From: Eledone cirrhosa
Lineage: Eukaryota
Assembly (NCBI GenBank): GCA_964016885.1
Contig: OZ024741.1
Coordinates: 128,526,001-128,590,000, forward strand
Direction: 5' to 3'
Length of the DNA: 64,000 bases
The position numbers and the translations under genes were made by a program. Below the pieces are notes generated by a model that saw only the letters and a program-made list of their open reading frames with translations, was not told the origin of the DNA and searched no databases. Shown here piece by piece: positions 30,043-45,800 of the stretch. Position 1 is the first letter of the stretch. Every line of letters starts with the position of its first letter.

Positions 30043-30191
30043 GGTGGACCATAACGCACCAGAGTACTCAATACTTTGGGTAGTAGAGTGGGTAATAGGA
30101 CAATGTTCAAGACCCCAACGGCAGAGGTCAAGCCGTTTCGACGGCTCCAAACGGTTTCAGCTCTGCCGTCGGGGTCTTGAACATTTTCCTA
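30043..30191. mobile_element. Palindromic family A element
   Basis: Same arm/tail layout as 18427, in (TA)n. Confidence 0.8.
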
Positions 30192-30244
30192 TATATATAT
30201 AGATATATATAGAGAGAGAGACAGAGACAGATAGAGATAGAGAG

Positions 30245-30282
<38 letters not shown>

Positions 30283-30411
30283 TGAGAGAGAATATGATGT
30301 GTGTGTGTGCCACCGCTTATGTATATTTATTTGCTTTTCTACCTTTTTTCTTTACCTCATTCCCCTATCTTTCTCTCTATACACTCTTCCTGAGAAACAC
30401 ACACGCATACA

Positions 30412-30467
<56 letters not shown>

Positions 30468-30474
30468 CATACAT

Positions 30475-30711
30475 AGTAAGGAAGTAAGGTACTCAATACA
30501 TAGCAGAGTATAGATATTTAATATAGAAATGGCTTTTACAAGACTAGAACTGTTTCATTCGGGAGAAATCATCAGGAAGCCCTGATAATTTCTCCCGAAT
30601 GAAACGGCTTGAGCTCTGCCATCGGGGTCTTGACTCTTTTCCTATTACCCACTCCACTACCCAAAGTATCGAGTACTCTGGTGCGTTATGGTCCACCTGG
30701 TTCTTTACATA

Positions 30712-30712
<1 letters not shown>
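30475..30712. mobile_element. Family B (minus) / family A (plus) chimeric element
   Basis: Family B hammerhead at 30531-30581 on minus, then ctgataatttctcccgaatGAAACggcttgagctctgcc running into family A arm and tail. Confidence 0.8.
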
Positions 30713-30750
<38 letters not shown>

Positions 30751-30772
30751 CATATATATATGTATATATATG

Positions 30773-30886
<114 letters not shown>

Positions 30887-30986
30887 TGTGTATATATATA
30901 TACATATACACATATAAAGAGAGGCTCATACACACACATACACATATTAAGAGAGGCTCACACATATACACATATAAAGAGAGGCT

Positions 30987-31040
<54 letters not shown>

Positions 31041-31067
31041 CAGTATTTATATATATATATATACACA

Positions 31068-31117
<50 letters not shown>

Positions 31118-31136
31118 TATATATATAATATATATA

Positions 31137-31229
<93 letters not shown>

Positions 31230-31443
31230 TAAAGGTATAGAAATATATATATATATATATAACCGACGGTCTTCCTCTTCTGTCGTTATCCCTATCACCG
31301 TTTATCCACTGCTATTCTACAATCCTTTCTTTCTTTCTCTCACTCTTTCCCTCCTTCTGACTTCTTTCTCTCTTTTTCTCTACATTTATCTATCTACTAC
31401 CATTTCCCCGCCACCAACACCACCAATATTACCTCTCTATCTA

Positions 31444-31632
31444 GGTGGATTGGCAGTATCGGTAGAGGGTCGGACGCCATGCTTTGACGCATAGAGTTAC
31501 GGCCCTTGCCATTCTGAGTTCAAATCCCGCCGAGGTTAACTTTGCCTTTCATCCTTACGGGGTCGATAAAATAAAGTACCAGTAATACACTGGGTAATTG
31601 CTGGCCTTGTGCCTAAAGTAGAAACAATTATT
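31444..31632 (+). mobile_element. SINE family 1
   Basis: A/B boxes and conserved body; similar copy at 33536-33702. Confidence 0.85.
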
Positions 31633-31746
31633 ATCACTCTGTCTCTCCCGCTCTCTCTCTCTTTCTCTTTCTCTTTCATTGTAAAGTCTATTCTTTCCCC
31701 GCCGTCATTTACTTTCTCGCTCTTTTCTTTTTTCTCTTTTCCATAT

Positions 31747-31782
<36 letters not shown>

Positions 31783-32219
31783 AACAAAAAAAGAGTCGCA
31801 CGCATAGATACGCGTACGCATGCACATACATGCATGCATGTACACACACACTCACACACACACAGAAAGAAATACTCATATATACACACAGGGTGACATG
31901 CACACACACGCACACACACACACACAGAAAGAAATACACTCATATATACACACAGGGTGATACGCACACACACACACGCACACACACACACACACACACA
32001 GAGAAAGAAATACACTCATATATACACACAGGCTGATACGCACACACACACACACACAGAACGAAATACACTCATATATATACACAGGGTGACACGCACG
32101 CACACACACATACGCACAGAGAAAGAGGGTCTTAATGCACACACACATACACAGAAAGGTAGAGATTCACACATGTACACACACACAATTTGACACGCAC
32201 ACACACACGTACGCACATG

Positions 32220-32822
32220 TGAGAGGCTCACACACTCACATATACACATATAAAGAGTGGCTCATACACACACATACACATATTAAGAGAGGCTCACACA
32301 TATACACATATAAAGAGAGGCTCACACACACACATATACACATATAACGAGAGGCTCACACACACACATATACACATATAAAGAGAGGCTCACACACACA
32401 CATATACACATATAAAGAGAGGCTCACACACACATATACACATATAAAGAGAGGCTCACACACATATACACATATAAAGAGAGGCTCACACACATATACA
32501 CATATAAAGAGAGACTCACAAACACACATATACACATATAAAGAGAGGCTCACACACACACACACATATACACATATAAAGAGAGGCTCACACACACACA
32601 TATACACATATAAAGAGAGGCTCACACACACACATATACACATATAACGAGAGGCTCACACACACATATACACATATAATAAGAGGCTCACACACACATA
32701 TACACATATAATAAGAGGCTCACACACACATATACACATATAATGAGAGGCTCACACACACATATACACATATAATAAGAGGCTCACACACACATATACA
32801 CATACAATGAGAGGCTCACACA
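32220..32822. repeat. ~30 bp minisatellite (ca)n-tatacacatataaagagaggct
   Basis: About 20 units; three more at ~30905-30995. Confidence 0.9.
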
Positions 32823-33400
32823 CACAAACAAGCACAGAGAAAGAGAAAGACTTACATACACACACTTTCCTTATCTTTTTCTCACTCATCCCTTAACACC
32901 GTTTTACCCCACCACATTGCTGGTACACACTTTCTCTCTCTCTCACTCTCTCACTCTCTCTCTCTTTCTCTCTTTACACTCTCTCCCTCTCTTCTCGCTA
33001 TCTCTTTACACTCTCTCACTCTCTCTCTTTACTCTATATATCTCTCTTTACTCTATATATCTCTCTTTACGCTCAATATATCTCTCTTTACTCGCTATAT
33101 CACTCTCTTTACTCTCTCTCTTTACTCTCTCTTTACTCTCTCTTTACTCTCTCTCTTTACTTTCTCTCTCTTTACTCTCTCTCTCTCTCTTTACTTTCTC
33201 TCTCCTTACTCCCTCTCTCTCTCTTTACTTTCTCTCTCTCTACACACTCTCCCGCCTTACTCTCACTCTCTCTTTCTTTCTCTATCCCCCTTTCCTTGTA
33301 CAGCTACTCATTCTCATTTGTTCCTCCTTTTCATCCCCGTTTCCCCGTCTTTTTTACATCAATACAAGAAAATAAAAAAATAAAAACGCACGCACACACA

Positions 33401-33453
<53 letters not shown>

Positions 33454-34194
33454 ATACTTTTTCTCTCTCTTACACACTCCCTTCTCTCTTTAATTCTTTC
33501 TTTAACACCGCTTTTCCCATATATATCCTAAGTCAGAGGGTCGGACGCCATGCTTTGACGCATAGAGTTACGGCCCTTGCCATTCTGAGTTCAAATCCTG
33601 CCAAGGTTAACTTTGCCTTTCATCCTTACGGGGTCGATGAAATAAAGTACCAGTAATACACTGGGTGTGTGCTGGCCTTGTGACAAAAGTAGAAACAATT
33701 ATTTTCTCCATCTCTCTTAGTCTCTCTCTTTCTCTCTCTTCCTTCCTTTCTCTCTCTTTCTTTTATTCTCTCTTTCCTTCCTCCATTTTCTATCTAACTA
33801 TCTTTCTGTGTATAAGTGTGTATATCTATCTCCCCCTCTACTCCCCTCTACCCCCTCCCTATCTCCCTCATATTTTGTTTATCTATCATATATCTACTGT
33901 CAATAGCACCCAGACCAACACCAGAATAACTTTTTTTTAAATACCGGATGGTCACGGTTGGAATGCAATTTGATTATAGATTTGGCTAAACATGTCTGAC
34001 CTTGGGTTAAACAACAGCAACACGACCCCGCTTCTCTTATCTTTATTTACTTCCTCTATCTCTACCAATATACAAACATATTTGCTCTCTCTTGCTGTCT
34101 CTTTCACACTCTCACATTCTCTTTCTAACTATCTGTCTCTATAACTATTTTCCTCTATCTTTCTTCCTTATCTGTCTATCTATCTATCTATCTT

Positions 34195-35160
34195 CTTTTA
34201 GTACCACTTCAGAAGGAGGGTGAGAGTGGAGAGAGAGGTGCTGCACCCCAGTAAATTCGCAGAAAGGTGGGTGAGTCTGGCGAAAATGGCCCGAGTGAAT
34301 GTATATAAACCTGTTGGTTGGTGAAGACAAACAGAGGGAAGACGGGAACACCTACAACACGTGTTCCTGGTGTTGAGGGGTGTAAAACAATCCCGCAATA
34401 ACGCCCCCCCTCCCCCTATTGGGGACTTCGATTGTTTTATTTTGTATATAGTTTATTGTTATTCATTATTGTTAAAGATTTTATGTAAAACCCCCGCCGT
34501 CACGTCTTGTAATGTCCCATTTTTGTACGACCCTGTGGCAAATAAAGAAATCTATCTAAGGGAGCACCCCCTCTCTGTGCTCCTGAGGAGAAGAGTTGCA
34601 CACTTTTTTCGGGGGTGTGTGCGACCCCCCCAAATAAAGAAATCTATCTAAGGGAGCACCCCCTCTCTGTGCTCCTGAGGAGAAGAGTTGCACACTTTTT
34701 TCGGGGGGGGGGGGGGGGTGCGACCTCCCTATTGAGGATTTTGTTATAAAATTTATTTTTGTTATATTTTATATTTTATTTTTTATATCGTGTTATTGCC
34801 TCCTCCTTAGTGAGGACGCCTTTTTATGTAAACTGCCCCCATTGTACTTGTCCCACTTTTTGATGCCCTGGTGGCAAATAAAAAGAAAGTTATCTATCTA
34901 CCTCTCTTTCTATCTATCTATCTATCTTGTGTACAAGGGCCTTCTCTGTATATAAACCTGTAGGTTGAGGAAGACAAAAAGAGGGAAGACAGGAACACCT
35001 ACAAAACGTGCTCCTGGTGTTGAGGGTTTTTCTATCTACGGGGTGTAAAACAAACCCGCAGTAACGTTCCCCACTATTGGGGATTTCGATTGTTATTTTA
35101 TTTTATACGTCTTGTAATGTCCCATTTTTGTACGCCCTTGTTGCAAATAAAGAAATATAT
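34195..35160 (+). mobile_element. Cluster of 4 tandem Tx1/L1-type LINE 3' ends
   Basis: First fragment encodes YHFRRRVRVEREVLHPSKFAERWV; each ends caaataaa(aa)gaaa followed by tctatct-like sequence. Confidence 0.8.
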
Positions 35161-35364
35161 CTATTTATCAATCAATCAATCTACAAACCTACCTATCTAT
35201 CTATCTATCTACATACCTATCTATCTATCTATCTATCTATCTACCTATCTATCTACCTATCTATCTATCTATCAAAGAAATCTTTCTATCTTTCTATTTC
35301 TTTCATTCTTGCCCCCTTTTAAAATGTCTTCTACTTTCTTATCCCCCTTTCGTCCCCTTCTCTT

Positions 35365-35760
35365 TTAACCCTTTCCTTGCCATATTTCTAATGAAGCCAC
35401 TACCTATAATTTATATAATTCTGAAAATAATCAAGATTTTAGCAGGATTTAGTAACATAGCTAACCTCATTGAGTTGCTGTTTGGAACATAACTTAACAA
35501 AGAAAGATTCTTACATAAATTATGAGGGAAGGTTTTTAGATAAATATAAACCATTTAACCCTTTCGTTACCACAGTTCTAATGAAGACAAGTGCCTAAAA
35601 TTTTCAAAAAGTTTTCATTAAGAAATCAAGAATTTGGAAAAATTTAGTAATATAACTAACTTTCTCATAATTAAATTGGTGTTTGGAACATAACTTAATA
35701 AAGGTACTTACATAAAATTATGATGGGAGGCTTTTAGATAGATATAAACACTTAATATTT
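35365..35760 (+). repeat. Two tandem ~190 bp units starting ttaacccttt (possible piggyBac-type MITE end)
   Basis: TTAA-CCC start at ~35365 and ~35556 with colinear downstream text; no matching right TIR seen. Confidence 0.45.
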
Positions 35761-35816
35761 CTTACAGCCTTCTGTAAATTCTCTCACTTTTTCCCATTCT
35801 CTCAAAACTCTCGTTT

Positions 35817-35911
<95 letters not shown>

Positions 35912-36162
35912 ACTTTCTCTATAAGCCCTCTCTCACTCTCTCTCTCTCTCTCTCTCTTTCTCTCGCGATCGCTTTTTACTCTTCACCTCGCTGCCCCCCT
36001 CCTTTATCTCTCTGTCTCTCACCCATTACTCCCACGCTCTCTTTACTCTCTCGCTCTTTCGCCCCTTCTTAACTCAATTTCTCTGCCTCTTTACTCCCAT
36101 TTTCACTCGCTCTTCTTATTTTCTTATTTTCCATACATTCCCACTACACAACCACTACTTCT

Positions 36163-36228
<66 letters not shown>

Positions 36229-36233
36229 TCTCG

Positions 36234-36289
<56 letters not shown>

Positions 36290-36300
36290 ATATATATATA

Positions 36301-36534
36301 AAAGTTTATCCCGGGTTCAAATGGGGGTAAACCACAGTAAGTAAGGTACTCAATACATAGCAGAGTATGAATATTTAATTTTAAAATGTCTTCTACATGA
36401 CTAAACCTGTTTCATTCGGGAGAAATCATCAGGAAGCCCTGACAAATCATCAGGGCGTCCTGATGATTTCTCCCGAATGAAACAGTTCTAGTCTCCTGTA
36501 GAAGCCATTTCTATATTAAATATTCATACTCTGC

Positions 36535-36537
<3 letters not shown>
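36301..36537. mobile_element. Palindromic family B element with a hammerhead on each strand
   Basis: Minus core ~36388-36438; plus core 36454-36506 ggcgtc-CTGATGA-tttctcccgaat-GAAA-cag..ctg-TA-gaagcc. Confidence 0.85.
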
Positions 36538-36600
<63 letters not shown>

Positions 36601-36757
36601 CTTTTACCTGTTCCAGCCATGCGGCTGAGGCCATGCTGGGGCACCACCCTTTATATTATAGTTGAGACAGTAAACAAAAAAACAAACAACGTGGAAGCGA
36701 AGAGGCAGTACAAATGTTAATATTAGTTTCACGCTTGAGAGTGGGGGGTGGGGGATA

Positions 36758-36795
<38 letters not shown>

Positions 36796-36830
36796 CGAAC
36801 TGCCTCTTTGTTTTGTTCCCGTTCCATTTT

Positions 36831-36914
<84 letters not shown>

Positions 36915-37000
36915 TATGTACACGTACATACATTATGTATATATATTTAAGTAACAGCCGTACTAAGAGTGGGAAATGAAATTTCGTTTCATTTTTTTCC

Positions 37001-37040
<40 letters not shown>

Positions 37041-37042
<2 letters not shown>

Positions 37043-37320
37043 ATGAGTTTATAAGAGCCCGCTTGGATTATATACAAGTTTCTACATAACCTGAACATTA
37101 TTTATCACAAATTGTAGAAATCTTATAACGAAACGATCGTCTGGAAGGAAAGAGATATTTAATTATGTCACATATAAAATAATACAACCAGCTGTCCACG
37201 AAATACTGATTAGTTAGCACCCCAAACACACAATTGGGAGAATACTTAGGTATATCGTAATATTTGTTGAGTGAGATGGAGTTGGTCGGAGTATCGCTTA
37301 AGGCTTTCTCTGTTAATGTA

Positions 37321-37325
<5 letters not shown>
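37041..37325 (+). mobile_element. PLE-like 3' end truncated at the hammerhead core
   Basis: (TA)n then TGATGA-gtttataaga...tcttataac-GAAA-cgatcg-TC; tail; (TA)n. Confidence 0.6.
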
Positions 37326-37358
<33 letters not shown>

Positions 37359-37855
37359 TCACTCTGTCTCTCCCTGTAATATCTCTCTTATCTATTAATT
37401 TATCACTCTTTACACTCGCTCGCACTTTCTTCACTTTCTCTTTCTCTTTCCCGCTATTTATTTACTCTCACCCAGATTTCCCTCTCTGTATCTTTCTCTC
37501 TATTTCCACCTTCACTTTCTTTCTATGTCTCACCTCTCCACCCCCTTTTCTCTCTCTCCTCTTTCCCTCTTTGTCTCTCACTCACTAACTGTCTCTACAC
37601 TCTCTCATCTCTCCATCTCTGTATCTCTATCACAGCTTTTCATTCACAACTCTTTCACCTTCCTTCCTTCTTTCCTTCCTCCCCTGTCTTTCACCCACTT
37701 GTTACACCACTTCCAACACGACCTGACACTCCTATTCTTTCTCCAGAACCTCACTGCAACTCCGTCAGTCTCTCAACTAACAGAAATCTGTGGGACGGGG
37801 AAGCCGGCTATCAGGCCGCTTTCTTATACGGCTGCAAATTGCTTTCCATATCACC

Positions 37856-37891
<36 letters not shown>

Positions 37892-38463
37892 AACTCATTA
37901 CGCCCCCCTCTCTCGCTAACTGATTACGCCCCCTCTCTCGCTAACTCATTACGCCCCCCTCTCACGCTAACTCATTACGCCCCCCCCCCCCCCTATATAT
38001 CTCTCGCTAACTCATTACCCCCTCCCCTCTCTCCTTTATTGCACACTTCATCCTTTTCTCTCAGAATGTGTGTGTGTGTAGCTATGTAACTATTTGTTTA
38101 TAGGAATGTATGTGTACGCATATATATATATATATATATGCGTACACACGTGTGTATATAAATATATGCGTACACATATGTGTACACATATATATATATA
38201 TATACACACACGCGCGCACAAACACACAGGTGTGTGTGTGTGTGTGTGTGCGTATGTATATAAGCGTGTATATAATTATGGGGGATTTCCCGATGATTTC
38301 ATATGAATGAAACAGTTCTAGTCCTGTCGAAGTCATTTCTATATATATAAAAAAAAATATGCGTATACTCTAACAAACGTATTGAGTACCTTTTCTTAAC
38401 TGATCTCTTTCCCGATCTCCATCATAACTCCACCCTTTATATATATATATATATATATATATA

Positions 38464-38776
<313 letters not shown>

Positions 38777-38917
38777 GTGAGGGAAGGATTGACCCCCGAC
38801 CACGTCACCAAGCGGTTTCGGCTGGTGTTTTCAGCAAGCCTCCAGTCTCCCCCATGCATTGAGTACTTCCGTACTTCCATGATTAGTGGTCTCCCCGGTC
38901 TCAGCAGCGCAGATTCT

Positions 38918-40018
38918 ATACAAACATGCATACATACATACATACATACATACATACAAACATGCATACATACATACATACGTACATACATACATACATG
39001 CATACATACATACGTACATACATACATACATGCATACATGCATACATGCATACATACATACATACATACATACATACATACATACATACATACATACATA
39101 CATACATACATACATACATACATGCATACGTACATACATACAAACATGCATACATACATACATACATACGTACATACATACATACATACATACATACATA
39201 CATACATACAAACATACATACATACATACATACATACAAACATGCATACATACATACATACATATATGCATACATACATACATACATACATACATACATA
39301 CATACATACATACATACATGCATACATACATGCATACATACATACATACATACATACATACATACAAACATACATGCATACATGCATACATACATACATA
39401 CATACATACATACATACAAACATACATGCATACATGCATACATACATACATACATACATACATACATACAAACATACATACATACATACATACATACATA
39501 CATACATACAAACATACATACATACAAACATACATGCATACATACATACAAACATGCATACATACGTACATACATACGTACATACATACATACGTACATG
39601 CATACATACATGCATACATGCATACATGCATACATACATACATACATACATACATACATACATGCATACATGCATACATACATACATACATACATACATA
39701 CATACATACATACATACGTACATACAAGCATACATATATGCATACATACATACATACGTACATACATACGTACATGCATACATACATGCATACATACATA
39801 CATACATACATACATACATACATACATACATACATACATACATGCATACATATATGCATACATACATACATACATACAAACATACATACATACATACATA
39901 CATACGTACATGCATACATACATACATACATACATACATACATACATACATGCATACATACATACATACATACATACATACAAACATACATACATACATA
40001 CATACATACATACATACA

Positions 40019-40051
<33 letters not shown>

Positions 40052-40066
40052 GCATACATACATACA

Positions 40067-40099
<33 letters not shown>

Positions 40100-40110
40100 G
40101 CATATACATA
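38918..40110. repeat. ~1.2 kb degenerate (CATA)n array
   Basis: cata with catg/cgta/caaa variants. Confidence 0.95.
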
Positions 40111-40237
40111 TATATTGGATATTAAGTTAACAGCTTCAACGCACGTTTTTCACAATGGAAAGTAGTCTAAGTTGGGCATATAAGCCCCTGGAGATTAAGT
40201 CCTTTTATGATAAACTTATACGATACATACAAAGATA

Positions 40238-40282
<45 letters not shown>

Positions 40283-40348
40283 GTAAATATATATGTGTGT
40301 GTGTGTATGTGTGTGTGTTTGTATCTGTGTGTGTGTGTGCATGCATAC

Positions 40349-40412
<64 letters not shown>

Positions 40413-40420
40413 GTATATAT

Positions 40421-40459
<39 letters not shown>

Positions 40460-40549
40460 TATATATATATACATGCATACATATATGCATATACATACGC
40501 ACACACACATACACACACATATATATATATACATATACAAACATACCTA

Positions 40550-40597
<48 letters not shown>

Positions 40598-40644
40598 TCT
40601 CTCTCTCTCCTCTCTCTCTCACTCTCTCTCTCTCTCTCTCTCTC

Positions 40645-40690
<46 letters not shown>

Positions 40691-40768
40691 AGAGAGAAGG
40701 GGCGTACAGGCAGGCATGCATATATCTGAATATATCTAAATATATAGATATGTGTGTGTGTGTGTGTC

Positions 40769-40837
<69 letters not shown>

Positions 40838-40838
40838 G

Positions 40839-40874
<36 letters not shown>

Positions 40875-41073
40875 GAGAATAAGAAAGTGAAGGGAAGATT
40901 AAGTGAGTGGGATGGTGGAAAAGAGAGAGAGCGAGTGACAATATATAATATACCATATATACCTGTACATTGAAGTACTTCCACTAAAATAAAGTGAATG
41001 AAATAAAGTATTTTGCACTCAGTTGAACTCGAAAGTATTGAGTCATTTGTTTGTGAGACAGTAGCCCCGAAAT

Positions 41074-41109
<36 letters not shown>

Positions 41110-41152
41110 AACACATATACATATACACATACATACACACACAGACACACGT

Positions 41153-41200
<48 letters not shown>

Positions 41201-41686
41201 CGAAGGAAGTGTGTTAAGGAACCAGATGGACCATAACGCACCAGAGTACTCAATACTTAGGGTAGTAGAGTGGGTAATAGGAAAATGTTTAACCCCGACG
41301 GCAGAGCTCAAGCCGTTTGGTCGGGGTTTAAACATTTTCCTATACAGTCAATGATAAACATTGAGGATCAAATGAATTAACTGTGAAGATATAAAAGATA
41401 CAGAAGCGAAAACCAATCAAACAGTGAGTGTGTTCTGTTATTATTTTTTTTCCATCCTTACCGGGTCGATAAAATAAAGTACCAGTAATGAACTGGGTAA
41501 TTTCTGGCCTTGTGCCAAAAGTAGAAATAATTATTTCTGGCAATATGACCCTCCCCAAGTATAACAATATTTGTTTCGACACACGATTTCATATCAAAAA
41601 CCTCGCAAAACAAAACAAATATATATATAATATATATGTGTGTGCCTGTGTATGTGCGTGTGTGTCTCTCTCTCTCTCCCCGTTTT

Positions 41687-41780
<94 letters not shown>

Positions 41781-41904
41781 GTATGTGTGTGTGTATATGT
41801 ATATATATATAATACGAATGTGTTTTTTCTCCTTTTTTCCCCTCATTTTTCGCTGTTCCTTCTTCTTATCACTCTTTACTGTCTATTTATCTTCTATTTC
41901 TAAA

Positions 41905-42028
41905 TCTATCTTCTGATAAAGGACTAGTGTCCGAAACGTTCACTCTCTTCCCGCTGTTTCAAGCGTTAACCTAATATATTTCTCCCATGTACAGTGCCGT
42001 TTGTTTTGTTATTTCTGTTTACCTTTTA
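41905..42028 (+). mobile_element. Family G PLE-like 3' end with degenerate hammerhead
   Basis: ctgataa-aggac(tagt)gtcc-GAAA-cgtt; tail runs into (CA)n. Confidence 0.6.
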
Positions 42029-42127
42029 CACACACACACACACACACATATATATACTACTTATATCTTTTCTGGCCTTAATAATCACACACACACAGAC
42101 ACACACAGACACACACCCACACATGCA

Positions 42128-42211
<84 letters not shown>

Positions 42212-42322
42212 ATAAAGAGGGTGTGGAGCATAACGCACCAGAGTACTCAATAGGCTAGTAGAGTGGGTAATAGGAAAAAGAGTCAGGACCCGGATTACAA
42301 ACTATTGTTTGTAAAATTGAAT

Positions 42323-43460
42323 AAGGGCCAGCAATATTGGGGAAAGTAATAGTCGATTATATTAACCTCAGTATTTAACTAGTACTTTATTTTATCGACC
42401 CCGGAAGAAGGAAAGGCAAGTTGACCTCGGCAGGATTTGAACTCAAAATGTAAGGAGCCGGTACAAATATTGCCAAGAATTTGTCCGACGCTCTCACGAT
42501 ACTGCTGACCCATTACCCCCTAGTTGTTTCTATAGTTGGCATAAGCCAGCAATTTGAAGGGAAGTGGAGAAAGTCGAATAAATTGACCCCAATGAGTTAA
42601 CTGGTACTTTATTTTAGCGGCACCATAAAGATGAATCACAAAACTAACCTCGGCGTTATTTGAACTCAGAACGTAAAGGGCCGTAACTATATGCATCAAA
42701 GCATGGTGTCCGACCCTCTACCGATACCGCCAATAATGATAATATGTATATGTATATATAGAGGGTGTCCTAGAAAATGTATACATAGTTTGATTACCTG
42801 TACAGGCAATATTTATTAGAATGGTGTTGAAGTATGTATACATTTTTTTAGGACACACTGTATATATATTATACATATTGTTATTATTGGCTGAATCGAA
42901 TCTTCGAAGTCACTGTCATTTTTTTTTCCAGAAAATAAATTTTACAGTCTATGTCCACATATTGAGTACTCATTTATTTTATACCTGAATGTTTTGTACA
43001 TTTAATTGTTTCTACTTTTGGCACAAGGCCAGCAATTATCCTAGTGTATTACTGGTACTTTATTTTATCGACCCCGAAAGGCAAAGTTAACCTCGACGGG
43101 ATTTGAACTCAGAATGGCAAGGGCCGTAACTCTATGCGTCAAAGCATGGTGTCCGACCCTCTACCGATACTGCCAATCCACTTAATGCCCTGTATATATG
43201 TATAGACCCGTAACTGCTAGTAGAGTCAGGGTGGCGATGTAGTGACCTTCGACATGTCTTGGGCTCTGCTGGAGCCAATCCTTCCAAAGGAGTTGTAGAG
43301 TTATAGAGAGGGAGCGAGAAAGCGATATAGAGGAAGAATTAACCCTAGTTTTAAACTGGTACTTTTTTTACTGACCTCGAATGAATGGAAGGCAAAGTTG
43401 ACCACCGGTGGGATTTGAACTGAGAGAGCAGACAGCTGGAACAAATATCGCAAAGAATTA
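42323..43460 (-). mobile_element. Cluster of SINE family 1 copies plus Tc1-type MITE (42761-42860)
   Basis: Copies at ~42323, 42522, 43003 and 43340. Confidence 0.75.
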
Positions 43461-43497
43461 GATCTGACATTCTAAAAACTGCGCCCCCCCCCCTCCC

Positions 43498-43534
<37 letters not shown>

Positions 43535-43541
43535 TCTCCCC

Positions 43542-43576
<35 letters not shown>

Positions 43577-43717
43577 GAGAGAGTGAGAGATAGATATATA
43601 TAGATATATGTATGTGTGTGTGTTTTTGTGTTTTTGTGTTTCCTTTACTTTCTAAACACTCGTTATTGGTAACCACACCGCCTTGTCCCTTTCAATTGAC
43701 ATACATACACACACACG

Positions 43718-43769
<52 letters not shown>

Positions 43770-43958
43770 GGGAGAGAGCGAGAGAGAGAGAGAGAGTGGG
43801 GTGATTCTACATGACTAGAACTGGTCACCCCACCCCCACCCCCACCCCCCGATACTCATCGGGAATCTACCTATTAAATTGTTTATAGATTCTTTATTAT
43901 GGCTAAGTGATGATTGTTGTTACCCAAGAGTTTGACCTGTGTACCCACAAGATCATCT

Positions 43959-44060
<102 letters not shown>

Positions 44061-44070
44061 ATCATACACA

Positions 44071-44161
44071 CAGGTTGTCTAAAAAAATATATACACTGAT
44101 TACATGTACAGGCAATATTTATTAGAATACTGTTGAAGTGGGTATACATTTTTGGGACACC

Positions 44162-44164
<3 letters not shown>
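44071..44164. mobile_element. Tc1/mariner-type MITE
   Basis: caggttgtct...ggacaccctg; same family as 5368. Confidence 0.7.
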
Positions 44165-44195
<31 letters not shown>

Positions 44196-44352
44196 CGAAG
44201 GAGGTGTGGTAAGGAACCAGATGGACCATAACTGCTAGTCCAGAAATAAGCCGTCGATACGGCTTGAGCTCTGCCGTCGGGCTTAAACATTTTCCTATAT
44301 ATATATATATATATTGTTATACTTTGGGAGGGTCATGTTGCCAATATATATC

Positions 44353-44430
<78 letters not shown>

Positions 44431-44475
44431 GGCTTCTGCGGGACTAGAACTGTTTCATTCGGGAGAAATCATCAG

Positions 44476-44526
44476 GGCTTCCTGATGATTTCTCCCGAAT
44501 GAAATAGTTCTAGTCCTGTAGAAGCC
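44476..44526 (+). ncRNA. Hammerhead ribozyme, family B, in palindrome 44428-44610
   Basis: ggcttc-CTGATGA-tttctcccgaat-GAAA-tag..ctg-TA-gaagcc. Confidence 0.8.
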
Positions 44527-44674
44527 ATTTCTATATTAAATATTTATACTCTGCTATGTATTGAGTACCTTACTTACTGTGGTTACCCCCGATTGAAATC
44601 GGGATAAATTTATATGTATATATATATATATACAAAATATTAACAAATGGAAACTATATTTATAAAACCATATT

Positions 44675-44740
44675 TATTTCATTATACATATTTCAAGGGC
44701 CACCAAGGCAAACTATGGTGCGCTTTCATCAGATAAAATA
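44675..44740 (-). ncRNA. Hammerhead ribozyme, family C, in palindrome 44630-44915
   Basis: Minus strand tattttat-CTGATGA-aagcgcacca..tggtggccctt-GAAA-tatgta-TA-atgaaata. Confidence 0.75.
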
Positions 44741-44911
44741 TAGTTTGTCTTGGTGGCCCTTGAAATATGTATAATGAAATAAATATGGTTTTATAAATAT
44801 AGTTTCCATTTGTTAATATATTGTATATTTACTCCAATAATTTTTTGAGTGCTTTATATCAGTTATAAAAATATTTTGCTTGTTGTATCCCAACAAATTA
44901 AATATAACCTC

Positions 44912-44953
<42 letters not shown>

Positions 44954-45742
44954 TATAGAAGTCATATATAAGTATATATATACACATACACACACTTAAG
45001 TCAGCGTGCCTGATATTGTTGATTTTGTTGTGGTCAACCCCCTGCCGGTTCCTCCCCACCTTACTCTGCTACCGCCGCCACCTTCTAGATCTGGGGGTAG
45101 TGATAGTGGTGGTGGGAGGAGTGAAGGAGGGGGGGGTGTTAGTAGTGGTGGACGAATGGTGGTGTTGGTGGTTGTTATACTACTGCTGCTGTTAATCGTA
45201 ACGTTGCCACCACCGTAACCAACTCCACCACCACCACCACCGCCACCACCGCCGCCGCCGCCACCACCGTAATCCCGACCGTGCTTCTATCACTCACTAT
45301 CACTACTACACCCTCCCAACCACCACCACCACCACCACCACCACCACAACTATCGCTGCTGCTGCTGCTGCTGTTGCTGCAGTTGTTGTTATTGTTGTTG
45401 TAGTTGCTGTATTCAGGCCGACAGAAACCGAATTTTCTCATTTCAGAGTCGGCGGCCAACGTCGTCGTATGTAAAGTTAAATCGTGGAATACAGCGCTGT
45501 TGTTTCTGTTTGGAGTGGTGTAGCTTGCTGTAGTGTTTGCTGGGGTTTGCTCTACTGTCTTCTCTGCTCTGCTGTGGCGTAGTGCTGCTGTTGTTGCTGT
45601 TGTTGCTGTTGTTGCTGTTGTTGCTGTTGTTGCTGTTGCTAATATTTGTAAACAATAACAGCTCCAACAGGAAGGAACGAAGAAACGACTGATTGAAGGA
45701 TAAAATAGAAATAAGTAACTGACAAAATTAAGAGAGAGTGAG

Positions 45743-45800
<58 letters not shown>

